64,000 nucleotides of DNA from Octopus vulgaris (Eukaryota), in the NCBI GenBank assembly GCA_951406725.2, contig OX597815.1, forward strand, positions 148,552,001 to 148,616,000, read 5' to 3'. Positions 1 to 11,578 of this stretch are shown one piece after another; position 1 is the stretch's first letter; every line of letters begins with the position of its first letter. The notes beneath the pieces were generated by a model. It saw only the letters and a list, made by a program, of their open reading frames with translations. It had not been told where the DNA came from and ran no database searches. The translations under genes were made by a program, and so were the position numbers.

Positions 1-852
1 TAAAAATACATGATTGATTCGCAGTTCGCCTCTTTTTTTCAAATCTTCTCACTGTCGCAAAATACATCAATATACGCCATTGGTATTATATAAATTACCA
101 TGCAAGTATGAAATTTGCAAACTTCCTAAATCAGTGTGTACACTGACAGTACAAGTACATCACAGCATTGTAGTGAGATCATACATCAACAATGAGAAGC
201 CTCAGCAACGAACTTAAATGGACCGCAAGCAACAAGGGATAAAAATTTAAGTCGGCAGCAATAAAAATATACAGAAATGCATAAATCACTAAAAATGAAA
301 TAAACATTTTTCCGTTATCTAACACCCGAAGGTACAATAACGCATATATTTATGTATCATGCATGTGTGTGTATGTGAGGGAGAGAGAGAGAGAGAGAGA
401 GGTAGAGAGAGAGAGAGCGTACATGAGTGAGTTTGTATGAAAAAATATGTGTAGATAGTGACTAATGTGGAATTTTGTTTATGATAATTACTATTTTCAA
501 CAAATCACCTAACACTGAAACACTGCAATGGTGAAAAGATTACAGTGAGGCTAGCATCCATTAGCTATTAGATAAAAATGAGAAGACACGCTTCTATCTC
601 TAGATGACGGAAGACATTTAACAACAATACACATAACAACGCACATCCACAAATGCATGAAATATCCTTTCATTCGCTGACCTGCACATCTATGGTATTA
701 TCGTTGAAAAATGATGGAAGTTAAGTTAAATTGAACAGAAATATGAAACGAATAGACAAGGCGGTTTGTACTATAATCAAAATTTCTATACTATGAAGAT
801 TTACAATATAAGTGTTTACGCGTGTACATATATGTTAGTCTGTCTGTAAACA

Positions 853-920
<68 letters not shown>

Positions 921-922
<2 letters not shown>

Positions 923-1080
923 ATAAAACGGTAAGATAACAAAAGAAAGAAAGAGACTTCAATATTATGTAAATAGAGGAAATTTATCTATACAATAATA
1001 TGTTACATTACTCGATAGTCAAGATAAAACTCTGAGTTTCAGATGCCGAAGTGGAAATCCACAACACCATCTCTTCGGTT
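921..1080 (-). mobile_element. Penelope-like terminal repeat fragment with degenerate hammerhead-like motif
   Basis: Minus strand reads CCGAAGA-GATG...CATC-T-GAAAC-TCAGAGT. It lies next to a (TA)n tract and is cut off on the right by a SINE. Confidence 0.4.
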
Positions 1081-1300
1081 AGAGCAGCGATTTTTAGTCG
1101 AGCAGATCGACCCCCAGGACTTATTCTTTGTAAGCCTGGTACTGATTCTATCGGTCTCTTTTGCCAAACCGCCAATTTATGGGGACGTAAACAGGACAAC
1201 ATCTGTTGGCAAGCGAAGGTGGGGACACAAACACACACACACACACACACACCCACATACACACAAACATATATATATATACATATACATATATATTAAC
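1081..1300 (-). mobile_element. tRNA-derived SINE family A, partial (3' half plus internal microsatellite)
   Basis: Aligns by eye with 29295-29520 (gtcgagcagatcgaccccc...ttattctttgtaagcc...ggggacgtaaac). Confidence 0.7.
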
Positions 1301-1440
1301 ATACATATATGTATTAACTGTTTTAAATAATACATGTAACTCCCACTAATTGCGTTGAGTTCTCCTAAATTATAGATTTGTTACCAAGTTTATGACAGAT
1401 TATGTATGTGTGTGTGTGTTTGTGTGTCTGTGTCTGTATA

Positions 1441-2697
1441 CAGGGGACAATAAGTAAATTGCCACCATTTTATATTTTAATGCGCATTGTATGTTTTTGG
1501 CTTTGTCGACTACACGGTTATAGTAGGTTCAGTTGGGTACCGTCTGCAAGGAAAAAAGCACCATGACACAATTCATTCTGCCAAAAATTTTGAAACGATA
1601 TGTTATACTGCTTGGCATTCGCACCGAAAGCTCTAATACGAAAATTTCAGAGTGTTTAGGTGCAAATCGCAGAACAATGAAGAGGATTCACAAAGAGTTA
1701 GATGTGTCTAATGGTGATTACGAAGATACCACAGCACGGAAAACTCCCTCTGATCGTTCTAAGAAGAAAAAAACTGCTGAATTTGTTGATGAGATCCAGT
1801 CCATGACAGACAACGATCCCTGCAAGTCGATCAGGCCCATCACCAGGGAATGCGAGTATCAGAGTTTATTTAGGCAGATAGTGCATGATGACATTCAGTA
1901 TTCCACATACCAGATGGTAAAGCGCCTATTTTATTCCAAACCATCAAGAATAAGAGGCAAGACCGCGCTACGAAACTTTTGAAGAAGCCCAAGCATCCCC
2001 GATGGTCGAACATGCATAGGTTTTTCTCAGACAAGAAAACTTTCTGTTAGGATCAAATGGTGAACACACAAAACAACTGTTGGCTCGGGGTGTCCCCAAA
2101 ACATGTACTGAGAGTGATAGAAATCAAACATTCAGTCAACATCATGTTGTCTGAAGTGATCATTTGCGATGGTGGCGTTATGCTTCGATTTATCTTCCCA
2201 GACAGCCTCAGACTCAACACGGAGGCCTACATCAGGTGGCCTGGAGGTGGTAGTGCTGAAATGCGTCAAGAAGATGACTAACGGAAGATACTAGCAACAA
2301 AAGCAAGAGAACCCAGTCACGGCTGTCAGACAATTTCTACAACATCAAACCTGTTATCAGGTCATCTGACACCCCAGACCACAATCCCATTGGTTATTAC
2401 GTGTGAAGTGCTGTTGAACGAGAGAGAGACCAAGAAAACTACTTGTAACACCAAAGAAGTGAAGGCAGGGCTTTTGATAGCATTTACCAAACTAATCGAG
2501 GAGACGATCCAGAATAGCTGCACTGTATTCCTACGTCATATGTAGACACTGGTTAAAGCCAATGGTAATTTTATTAAATAAATTTTATTTTTAGTATTTC
2601 GAGACATTTTTATGTAAATTTGTTAAATATACCTTTTAAAATTAGATGTGTTATTTTCCTTTTTGCGTAATTAAAACAATTTATTCTCCGCACCTAC
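1441..2697 (+). mobile_element. Degenerate Tc1/mariner-superfamily transposon (DD37D/maT-like), transposase pseudogene
   Basis: ORF 1533-1982 is HTH-like. Downstream broken frames give FFSDKKTF, VNTQNNCWL, RLNTEAYI and TPDHNPIGYYV*SAVER (= SPDxNPLDYYVWGAVER). Starts TA|CAGGGG. The TIRs are decayed but share TAAATTG. Confidence 0.8.
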
Positions 2698-2757
<60 letters not shown>

Positions 2758-2920
2758 ACTTCAAATTGCGATGAACGTAAATAGAGAAATGAAGTTTGAT
2801 TTAGAAGCGTTGAAACGTCTTAGAAAGTTAAAGAAGTGAGTTTTTAAAATTCTCAAACGGAGGATGATGTTAATAGTTTGGCTTGAAAAGGATAGGCTAC
2901 CCCTATTTTGCAATATATAT

Positions 2921-3115
2921 AGGTGGAGAAGTTACAAAAAAAATAGGCGAAGATGGTAGTGTAGACAATAAAGAGATGTACTAGTTTAACGCTCGGTAAG
3001 TGAAAAAGTCTTTATAGATTCGAGCCTACGTTCTTCCAAGGAACACAGAAAGGAACACAGAAAGAAACAAGGAGAGAAAATAAAGAATGTGTAGTGGTTA
3101 GCGATCTATCATGGC

Positions 3116-3118
<3 letters not shown>
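2921..3118 (-). mobile_element. Penelope-like terminal repeat fragment
   Basis: Homologous to 60002-60198, which is attached to a GIY-YIG fragment. Contains a decayed GGAAGAACGTAGGCTCGAA motif and is flanked by (TA)n. Confidence 0.6.
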
Positions 3119-3180
<62 letters not shown>

Positions 3181-3518
3181 AATGTATATACGTATAAATG
3201 TATGCTTGTACGCATATGGAAACTTTTATACACTCATAAATATATCTACAGAAATATGTTTTTATGTATTGCTATATCTTGTTAATTCACTCGAATTTTT
3301 ATATGAATAAATTGTAAAGGGTGTAAATGCCTTTATATCCGATAATCTCCTTAGTATATCGGTTGAATTCAAATATATTCGTTTTTTGGATAAACCAGAT
3401 ACGTCATGTCTTTGCTTACATTTAAAAAAATATTTGATGCCTAAATTCGAAACTACCATTCAGCCCTCCGTTCTTTTATGCATTTCAAGGAATTGTAATA
3501 ACTCTTTTATAATATTTA

Positions 3519-3547
3519 CGTTCTGCTCTCTCATTAATAATAATAAT

Positions 3548-3622
<75 letters not shown>
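3519..3622 (+). repeat. (AAT)n tract preceded by a ~15-nt remnant of the element-X 3' end
   Basis: ctgctctctcatt(aat)n resembles the ctgctctctcactc(aat)n terminus at 4079-4092. Confidence 0.55.
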
Positions 3623-3623
<1 letters not shown>

Positions 3624-4092
3624 GTATAAAAGATGGGCTACAGCAAATATTCTGCTCAATACCACAGATTTGCTTGTCAGTTGTTTGACCTTAACCAGTT
3701 GAGCATGTCCCTTAGTGGCTGACGATATGTGCATCTCTGATCACGAGCAGAAGTAGTGGGGGAGCATCATAGCCATGTGTTGAGAGGGATTCTTTGGGGT
3801 TTGAATAATTCACCTCTGGAAACACGGGTTGTTCTTTCAACATCCTTAAACAATCCTTATTCAGGGACCTTTTGAGCGGGATGGGCTACTCAACCTGAAG
3901 AAAATTCTAACTGGGCCCCACCTGCAAGGTCATGTGCTGTTTATCTTGATATGAGATCACCATGTCGCGCACATATGGTTGTGATGCATGTGCCTGGTGT
4001 ACCTTTATCAGACGGGTAGTCATGATGGGTATATTGGGCTTCGTATATTTTACCCCAGTGTCACTTTGATGGCATGAACTGCTCTCTCACTC
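3623..4092 (+). mobile_element. Element X copy 1: 5'-truncated non-coding SINE-like retroelement with (AAT)n tail
   Basis: Near-identical to 4426-4895, flanked by (AAT)n on both sides, no credible ORF. Confidence 0.85.
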
Positions 4093-4158
<66 letters not shown>

Positions 4159-4162
<4 letters not shown>

Positions 4163-4358
4163 GCCCTGATGCAGTACCTAAATGCCCTGATGCAGTACCA
4201 TAAATGCCCTGATGCAGTATAAATGCCCTGATGTAGTACCAATGCCCTGATGCAGTACCAATGCCCTGATGCAGTATAAATGCCCTGATGCAGTACCATA
4301 AATGCCCTGATGCAGTACCAATGCCCTGATGCAGTATAAATGCCCTGATGCAGTACCA
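4159..4358 (+). repeat. Ten tandem 17-22-nt copies of the element-X 5' end, (TA)AATGCCCTGATGCAGTA(CC)(A)
   Basis: Read directly. The last unit continues into the element body (…GTACCAGGCAGTGG). Confidence 0.95.
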
Positions 4359-4895
4359 GGCAGTGGCTCTCATGGCTTCTGATCTTAACTGATTGGAAGT
4401 GTTATCATGTACATTGTTTTGTCTTGGTATAAAAGATGGGCTACAGCAAACATTCTGCTCAATACCACATATTTTCTTGTCAGTTGTTTGACCTTAACCA
4501 GTTGAGCATGTCCCTTAGTGGCTGACGATACGTGCATCTCTGATCACGAGCAGAAGTAGTGGGGGAGCATCATAGCCATGTGTTGAGAAGGATTCTTTGG
4601 GGTTTGAATAATTCACCTCTGGAAACATGGGTGTTTCGTTCAACGTCCTTAAACAACCCTTATTCAGGGACCTTTTGAGCGGGATGGGTTACTCGATCTG
4701 AAGAAAATTCTAACTGGGCCCCACCTGCAAGGTCATGTGCTGTTTATCTTGATATGAGATCACCATGTCGCGCACATATGTTTGTGATGCATGTGCCTGG
4801 TGTACCCTTATCAGACGGGTAGTCATGATGGGTATACTGGGCTTCGTATATTTTACCCCAGTGTCACTTTGATGGCATGCTCTGCTCGCTCACTC
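4337..4895 (+). mobile_element. Element X copy 2, apparently full length (~560 bp), (AAT)n tail
   Basis: Contains all of copy 1 plus ~89 nt of 5' sequence with hairpins CCTG-ATGCAGTAC-CAGG and CTTCTGATC-TTAACT-GATTGGAAG. Confidence 0.85.
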
Positions 4896-4951
<56 letters not shown>

Positions 4952-4975
4952 TGATGATGATGATAATTATTATTG

Positions 4976-5013
<38 letters not shown>

Positions 5014-8000
5014 GTCATTTACTTTTAATCTGCATGTTTGATGCAATCACTTGCCGGGGCACACCCAGCGCCCTAGGGCAAGTGAAGGTTAAGAGTTGTT
5101 GAAATATAGCGATTTTTGTATTCGTTTGGTGTCAGCACAGGACATCCCGAAACGAGATGGTCTATTGTTTCGTCAAATGAGTCGCAGAATCTGCATTTAG
5201 GGTCAGTACCGTTTCGGAGAACATTAGCCTGGTAATTTCTGGTAAACAAGCTTTGATCTTGTGCTGCCAGTATGAAGCCTTCAGTCTCTGCTTTCAATCC
5301 AGAACTCTTCAGCCACTGATGGGTTGTTGCTTGGTCTACATCAGCATTTTGGCTTCGGAGAATATATTTGCCATGCAGGGGCTTCTGGCTCCACCGCCTC
5401 TCAATTTGATTCTGCCCGTTCTTTTTTGCAGTCTGCTTGATTCGCTTTGCTTGCTTGGTAGCAGTGGTTTCCGGCTCTTCATCTGATTCAAGGTTAATGT
5501 CTAGTTCCCTTTCGAACTTATAAGCTTCTTTGACAATAGAATGCAGCTTTTTGCTGCTTTCGTGTTCGCACACAAGTCGCAGCATCCAGTCCATTGTACT
5601 AGATAGGTACCTGTTCATTCCTACAGTAGAGGTCTTATAGCACAGCTCTAATTGCATCATTCCTCTCCCCCCGCTGCTTCTAGGTTAGTACAGGCGGTCT
5701 ACATCTGCCTTAGGGTGGTGCATGTTCTTGGATGTCAGTAATTTTCTTCTCTTCCTGTCCAAGCGTTGGAGTTCCGTAAGGTTCCAGGTAATGATGTTAA
5801 AACTGTACTGGACTACTGGAAGTGCCAGGGTGTTAATGGCCTCAATGCAATTTTTGGAGTTGAGTTCAGTCTTCAGTACAAGCCTTATTCTCCTATAGTA
5901 TTCCTTTCTTATTTTTTCCTTCATAGTAGCATGATGTATACCATCTCCTTCGTTGATTCCTAGGTATTTGTAACTTTCTTGTGGGTCAAGTTCCTTGATG
6001 GTAGTGTCAATATCTAATTTAACAGAAGCTGTTTGCCTGAGCTTGCCTCTTACAAAAGTTGCTTTAGTACACTTATCAAAGCCAAAATCCATTCCGATAT
6101 CATTGCTAAACTCTTTAACAGTTGTTAGCAGCCCTTCTAGCTCTTGGTCATTCCTGGCAAACAGATTTAGGTCGTCCATATAGAAAAGGTGGTTTATTGA
6201 CTTACTAAAAACTTTGTACCCATATCTGGTACTATCTAATTCGTTTGAGAGTGGGATCAGTGCCATGCAAAAAAGTAATGGAGAGAGGGATCACCTTGAA
6301 AGATGCATCGTTTGATGTTGATGCTGTCGGACTGGCTCATCCCATTACTATGGCTTAGAAAGAGACGTGTGTTCCACATGGTCATGCTATTCTGCAAGAA
6401 TTTTGAGACGACAGGAGAGCTCTTGTATATATCAAGGGCCTTGAGTATCCATTTATGTGGGACACTGTCATACGCTTTCTTGTAGTCTATCCATGCCATA
6501 CTCAGGTTTTTGTTTTTGCTCCGGCAATTTTCTACAATCATTCTGTTTATGAGCAATTGGTCTTTGCACCCATTACAGTTTCTTTTACAACCTTTTTGAG
6601 CTTGTGGAAGGATAGAGTTTTGTTCAAGGAAAGCGTACATTCTCTCCGTTATTATGGATGTGAGGATTTTGTAGGTGGTGTTAAGACATATTATTGGCCA
6701 GTAATTCTTTGGGTTTTTTTTGTGTCTTCGGTTTTAGGTAATAGGTAGGTGGTTCCTTCAGTCAGCCAAGCAGGTATTTACTCTGGGTTCTGAATGACAT
6801 CAGACAGAGATGCAGCGAGATTTTCGTGTACCTCTGTCAAACAATTCAGCCAGAAGTTAGGGATCCGATCCAGTCCTGGGGTTTTCCATTTATGAGCTTT
6901 CCTAAGGAGACACCTTAGCTCCTCTATTCCTATTGCTTCTCATTTCTGTTCTTCAAGTTCATCCAGTCTCTCTTTCTCACGTTCTATCCAGACAGCCTCG
7001 GCATTAAACTCTTTTTCGTTGCTCCATACCTTCCTCCAGAACTCCTCCACTTCCTCAATCTTAGGTGGATCTTCTATGTGTATTTTATTTTTGCCAATTT
7101 CCCTATAAAATTTCTTTGCATCTATCTTCAAAAATTTATTTTGTCGACAAAATTTGTTTCTTTTGTCATACCTTCTAAGCCGTTGGGCTTTCAACTGTAT
7201 CCGTTGTTTCAACAGTTCCTTAGTTGCAGGGAGGTTTATGAGATCTTTGATTTTATATTTTTGCTTGATTTTTCTAAATTTTCTCGACTTAATATTCACT
7301 CCTCTAGCAAGCTCATCGAGAACTGAAATATCCGCCCGCAGAGATTCAATCTCTTTTTGTATCGCTACTTTCCCCCTAGGAGGTTCATTGACATGCCTAG
7401 CCATTTTCTTTGTCACCTTAATACCTAGTTGGGTAGTTACTACTTTAGCAGTGGAATAGATGAGATTATTTAAGGTTGTCAGATCATTCCCTTTATTTCT
7501 TAAGATCTGTCCTAGGGCAACGTTATATGTCATGATTCTGTTGTTATTTCTTGTGCCGTTTGAAAACTTTGGTAGCGGGTCTCTATTAACCATGTCAGTG
7601 AGCTCAATCTTGCCGAGTTCTCTCATAATATCCACTTTTGCTTCCATAATCTTTTCTCTATTATTCACCTCAAATTCTATGTCATATCTATTTTGTTTTT
7701 CTTGAGGAAGTTCTACGTTCTCCTCTTTTTTCAAATCTCTCGTCTTCACTATTCTTTGTTTAACTTCCCCATTTGGAAGTTGATTTACCGCTTGTACACT
7801 GGCTTCTGTGCTACTGTTACCTATTTCGTCTACATTGTTGCTGTTTTCTTTTGGTCTACCATGAGCTATTAGTGTCCTAATTTGGTCAATTTCAGCATCT
7901 GTTAGTCTTTTGTCTTTAATTATATCTCTGCGTACATTACTTAATTTATTTGCGTCTATATATCTACGTACTTCATTGCCTACTGAATTTCTCCATGAGA

Positions 8001-8650
8001 TGTATGTTTGTACACTGAGGTTATTGTTTGGGTTTAGTTGGGCTGTATAAAAATCTTTCAACACATCTCTATAGTCCTCTCTGGTCCATTTTATGCGTTT
8101 TGCTTTATGTGGTGTTTTTGGTGGTGTCACTACAAGTCCAGAGTTAGAAGTATTCTGGTTCTGGTCACCTGGTAGATCGTCTTTTTGAGAGTTTGTTCCA
8201 GCAGCAAACTTTTCGACCCCAGTCTTGTTCCCTACTGGGTAAAGCGGTCCTTGTTGTTCCGGGCGATGACCGACCCGGCATGATTTTTGGCTTGTTTTCA
8301 TTAAATCATTGACGGCGACATCAGAGGGGTCCATTTTTTCAGAGACAACTTTTTGACAAGACGCCGCTTCTGTGACGGTAACGTTAGAAGAAGGGACTGT
8401 TTGTACAGGGTCAACTTTTTGACAAGACACCGCTTCTGAATTCTCCGAATTAATATATTGTTCATATCGAACTCGCATAAGACTTACAGATCGAAATTCG
8501 CCTCTATTTCTTTTGGTAGACATGTTTCCGGACATAACTGTTCAGTGACGTTCTAAATTCAGTGACCAATTTGCTCTTTTTTTCGTTTGTTCTTGAAAAA
8601 TCGCTTTGTTTTTGTTTTGTTTTCGTCCGCGTAACGTGGTTTTCTTTCTG
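5014..8650 (-). mobile_element. R4-clade (Dong-like) non-LTR retrotransposon, near full length, inactive
   Basis: Single-ORF architecture: N-terminal RIKWTRED, an RT domain, a CCHC knuckle, a 3' UTR stem-loop and an (AAT)n tail at 4966-5013 on the minus strand. The 5' boundary is approximate. Confidence 0.92.
5073..8535 (-). pseudogene. Disrupted RT polyprotein of the Dong-like element
   Basis: Pieces 8535-6940, 6939-6641, 6640-6257, 6266-5685 and 5660-5073. Motifs KTPGLD, WPIICLNTTYK, WIDYKKAYDSVPH, FQGD, HLFYMDD, YKYLG, LKAETEGFILAAQDQ and CRFC…HLVSGC. It carries stops and frameshifts, and the RLE domain is missing. Confidence 0.92.
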
Positions 8651-8974
8651 TGTGTACGTGTGAGCGCGTGTAAGCATTATTTATGCTTTATAATTAAAAT
8701 GTGTACGTGTATGCATAAACATTTGCATGTATATTTATTTAATTAATTAATTAATTAATCAATTTATGTACTTACTGTCTTTCAAGAGCTCTGATGTTCG
8801 TTTCTATTTTTGATGCATGTCACATGGAAATATTATTCATAAAAGAAAGAAAACCATACTATATATGGCAATAAGATTTCGGACTTTTTAGTTACTTTGC
8901 TTTAAAAGAAAATTTGGTAAAGATATTTTGTGGAATCTTTCTTCCATTGCAACGATGATGTTGGATTAAATTCG

Positions 8975-9026
<52 letters not shown>

Positions 9027-9030
9027 CATT

Positions 9031-9496
9031 GAGTGAGAGAGCAGTGCATGCCATCAAAATGACAGTGGGGCAAAATATACGAAACCCAGAATACCCATCA
9101 TGACTAGCCGCTTGCTCTGGGTACAGCAGGCGCATGCTTCTCAGCCATATGTGTACCACATGGTGATCTCATACCAGGATAAACAGTGCACGACCGAGCA
9201 GGCGGAGCCTCGTTAGAATTTTCTTCTTGTCGAGTAACCCATCATGCTCAAAATGTCCCTGAATAATGTGTATTTAAAGATGCTCAACTCAACCCCCATG
9301 CTTCCAGATATGAATTATTCAAACCCGAAAGAATTCATCTCAATACATGGTTATGATTCTCTCCGACTAATTCTAGTCGTGATTAGAGAGGCACATTCAG
9401 CCATTAAGGGACATACTCAACTGGATATGGTCAAACAATTGCCAAACAAATATTTGGTAGTGAGCAGAATATTTGCTGCAGCCCATCTTTTTATGC
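9031..9496 (-). mobile_element. Element X copy 3 (older, diverged, 5'-truncated)
   Basis: The reverse complement aligns with 3623-4092 over its full length, with (ATT)n on both sides. Confidence 0.85.
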
Positions 9497-9585
9497 TTTA
9501 TTATTAGCATTATTGTTATTGTTATTGTTGTTATTATTATTTTTATTATCGTTATTATTATCATTATTATTATTATTATTATTAA

Positions 9586-9669
<84 letters not shown>

Positions 9670-9745
9670 CGGTGTTGTTGTTGTTATTGTTGTAGTTGTT
9701 GTTGCTGTTGTTAATATCATTATTGTTGTTCTTGTTATAGTAGTA
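9497..9745. repeat. (ATT)n/(GTT)n microsatellite
   Basis: Read directly. Confidence 0.95.
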
Positions 9746-9860
9746 GCATTTGTTATATACATATGGAGGTGTATGCTTATTTATGCATATATATGTACAT
9801 ACATAAATATTTATATATGCACACACATATATATGTGTGTGTGTGTGTGTCTGTGTGTGT

Positions 9861-9895
<35 letters not shown>

Positions 9896-10699
9896 TGTGT
9901 GTGTACATCTGTGTGTGTTTGTGTGTGTGTGTATGTTGCCTTACCTCTATATTCAGTTACTCTAACTGACTGCCATATTATGACCTCACTCAATATATCT
10001 ATTTCTTCATCGCTTCTATATTGAATTTGGTTATTCTTTACATACATTCCGGACAATTGGTTGACCTGCAGGCAACCATCTGTGCTATTTCACATTTTGC
10101 TGAAGGCTTCTGTTCTTAATTTTCAGTGTTTTCTGATATCTTGATATCTTTACGACGCACGTTCTCTTCAACTAATCACTCATCAGTTATTCGATTTGCA
10201 GCTTACCTCCTGCAACGATGTTCTCTGTTAAAATCATATTCATACATTCGTCAGAAAAGGCATTCGTATATATTAGAATTTTAGTTTTCTTCCCTGGAAT
10301 GCAATTATACTAATATTAGTTTCTGTTATTTCCATTTATTTACATACGCTTCTTTTCATAGCTTCTATACTATTTGCCACAAAACCCTGATGCTCCTGGG
10401 CAAAATGGTAGTAACTTACTGAGTTGCTTTTTAGTTACATAAATTGTTTCTAATCCTTGTAAACCACACCGTTTCTGGTATAACAAATTTTAAATTGTTA
10501 CTCCGCATCTTTTATTTCTAAACATAATATATCTAAGTAATTTTTCGGATTGAAAGGGGAAAATGATAGAGAATGCTTTATTCCATCACCACAGAAAAGA
10601 TCATAGAACATAATATTTATAAAAAAACGACTATAATATTTTTTATTTATTAATTTTTCTTGATTCCGCTAGTGTATAAATCTTGTACTTCTTTTATAA

Positions 10700-10918
10700 T
10701 ATCGGTTTCAAAATTTGACACCAGGTTATTAATTTCCATGGAGAGGATAAATCGATTACATCGTTCTCAGTATTCAACTAGTACTTATGTTATTACCCTC
10801 GAAATGATTGAAGGTAGATTTGAATTTAGCAAAATATAAATTCAAAATATAAAGACAGACGAAATGCTAGTGAACATTCCACCTACCAAGCTAACGATTT
10901 GGCCAGTTCAACACCTTA
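10700..10918 (-). mobile_element. tRNA-derived SINE family B, diverged
   Basis: The reverse complement resembles 26662-26890 and 37387-37604. Confidence 0.65.
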
Positions 10919-11564
10919 TACATTTTTTATTATAATATCGACCTATATATGTATCCATGTATGCGAAGCAGACATTTGCGAGTAACTTTGGATTCAATAC
11001 ATAGGATCAGTAGAGCAATCACAACGTTCCCATTAATCAAGTGAACATTTTAAAGTTTCTTTTATTGATGTAATTTGCCAGGCTGTAATTTAGCGGGTAT
11101 TGCACTCCTTCAAGGAAAAAAAATTAAATAAGTTATAGAGGTTTAAAATTTGATAATTTTTACCCAGTCTGAAAACAGGATTCGAATGTTGTCATTTTGT
11201 CCGTGACTGCACGAGTTGTCAACCTGAAAATAGCCGGTGTTTTAATATGGAACTGTAAAGAAATCAAAATCTGCTTTATGAACGGCATATAACTCCTCAT
11301 AACTTTTTTTATATTTTGGAATTTTCAGAAAAGTTTCAGAAATCCATACGATTATGCAATCACCAGCCTCGCCGAAAAGAGAAAATCTGGTTGTGTGATT
11401 TAAGGCTTATTTAGATGATAATTTTTGCGCATCTCGAGACCAGAGTGCAAGCAACAGGTGGGTACAAGCAGCTGAAGACAGCGCCAACGGGCGTGATTCG
11501 GCGTAGAATATATTTGTCAACACATATGCTTTCATGGAGACAAACAAATTCTCATGTGTCGCAT

Positions 11565-11578
11565 GTTACTATGGAAAC
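11565..11578 (+). promoter_or_regulatory. Candidate RFX X-box, GTTACTATGGAAAC
   Basis: Fits the RTHNYY-WT-RRNRAC consensus. It lies in a non-repetitive stretch with the E-boxes CAGGTG and CAGCTG about 100 bp upstream. Motif match only. Confidence 0.25.

Noticed and set aside
4159-4358. CRISPR-like array
   Set aside because: The units are contiguous with no unique spacers, there are no cas genes, and the context is eukaryotic.
8346-8438. 27-nt direct repeat inside the Dong ORF (EAVSCQKV / EAASCQKV)
   Set aside because: It is real but a small in-frame duplication in a variable N-terminal region, with no sign of separate function.
9397-10056. Long ORFs rich in I/N/Y/L/V/C (here and throughout the ORF track)
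   Set aside because: They are translations of (AAT)n, (TA)n, (CA)n and (GATA)n microsatellites.
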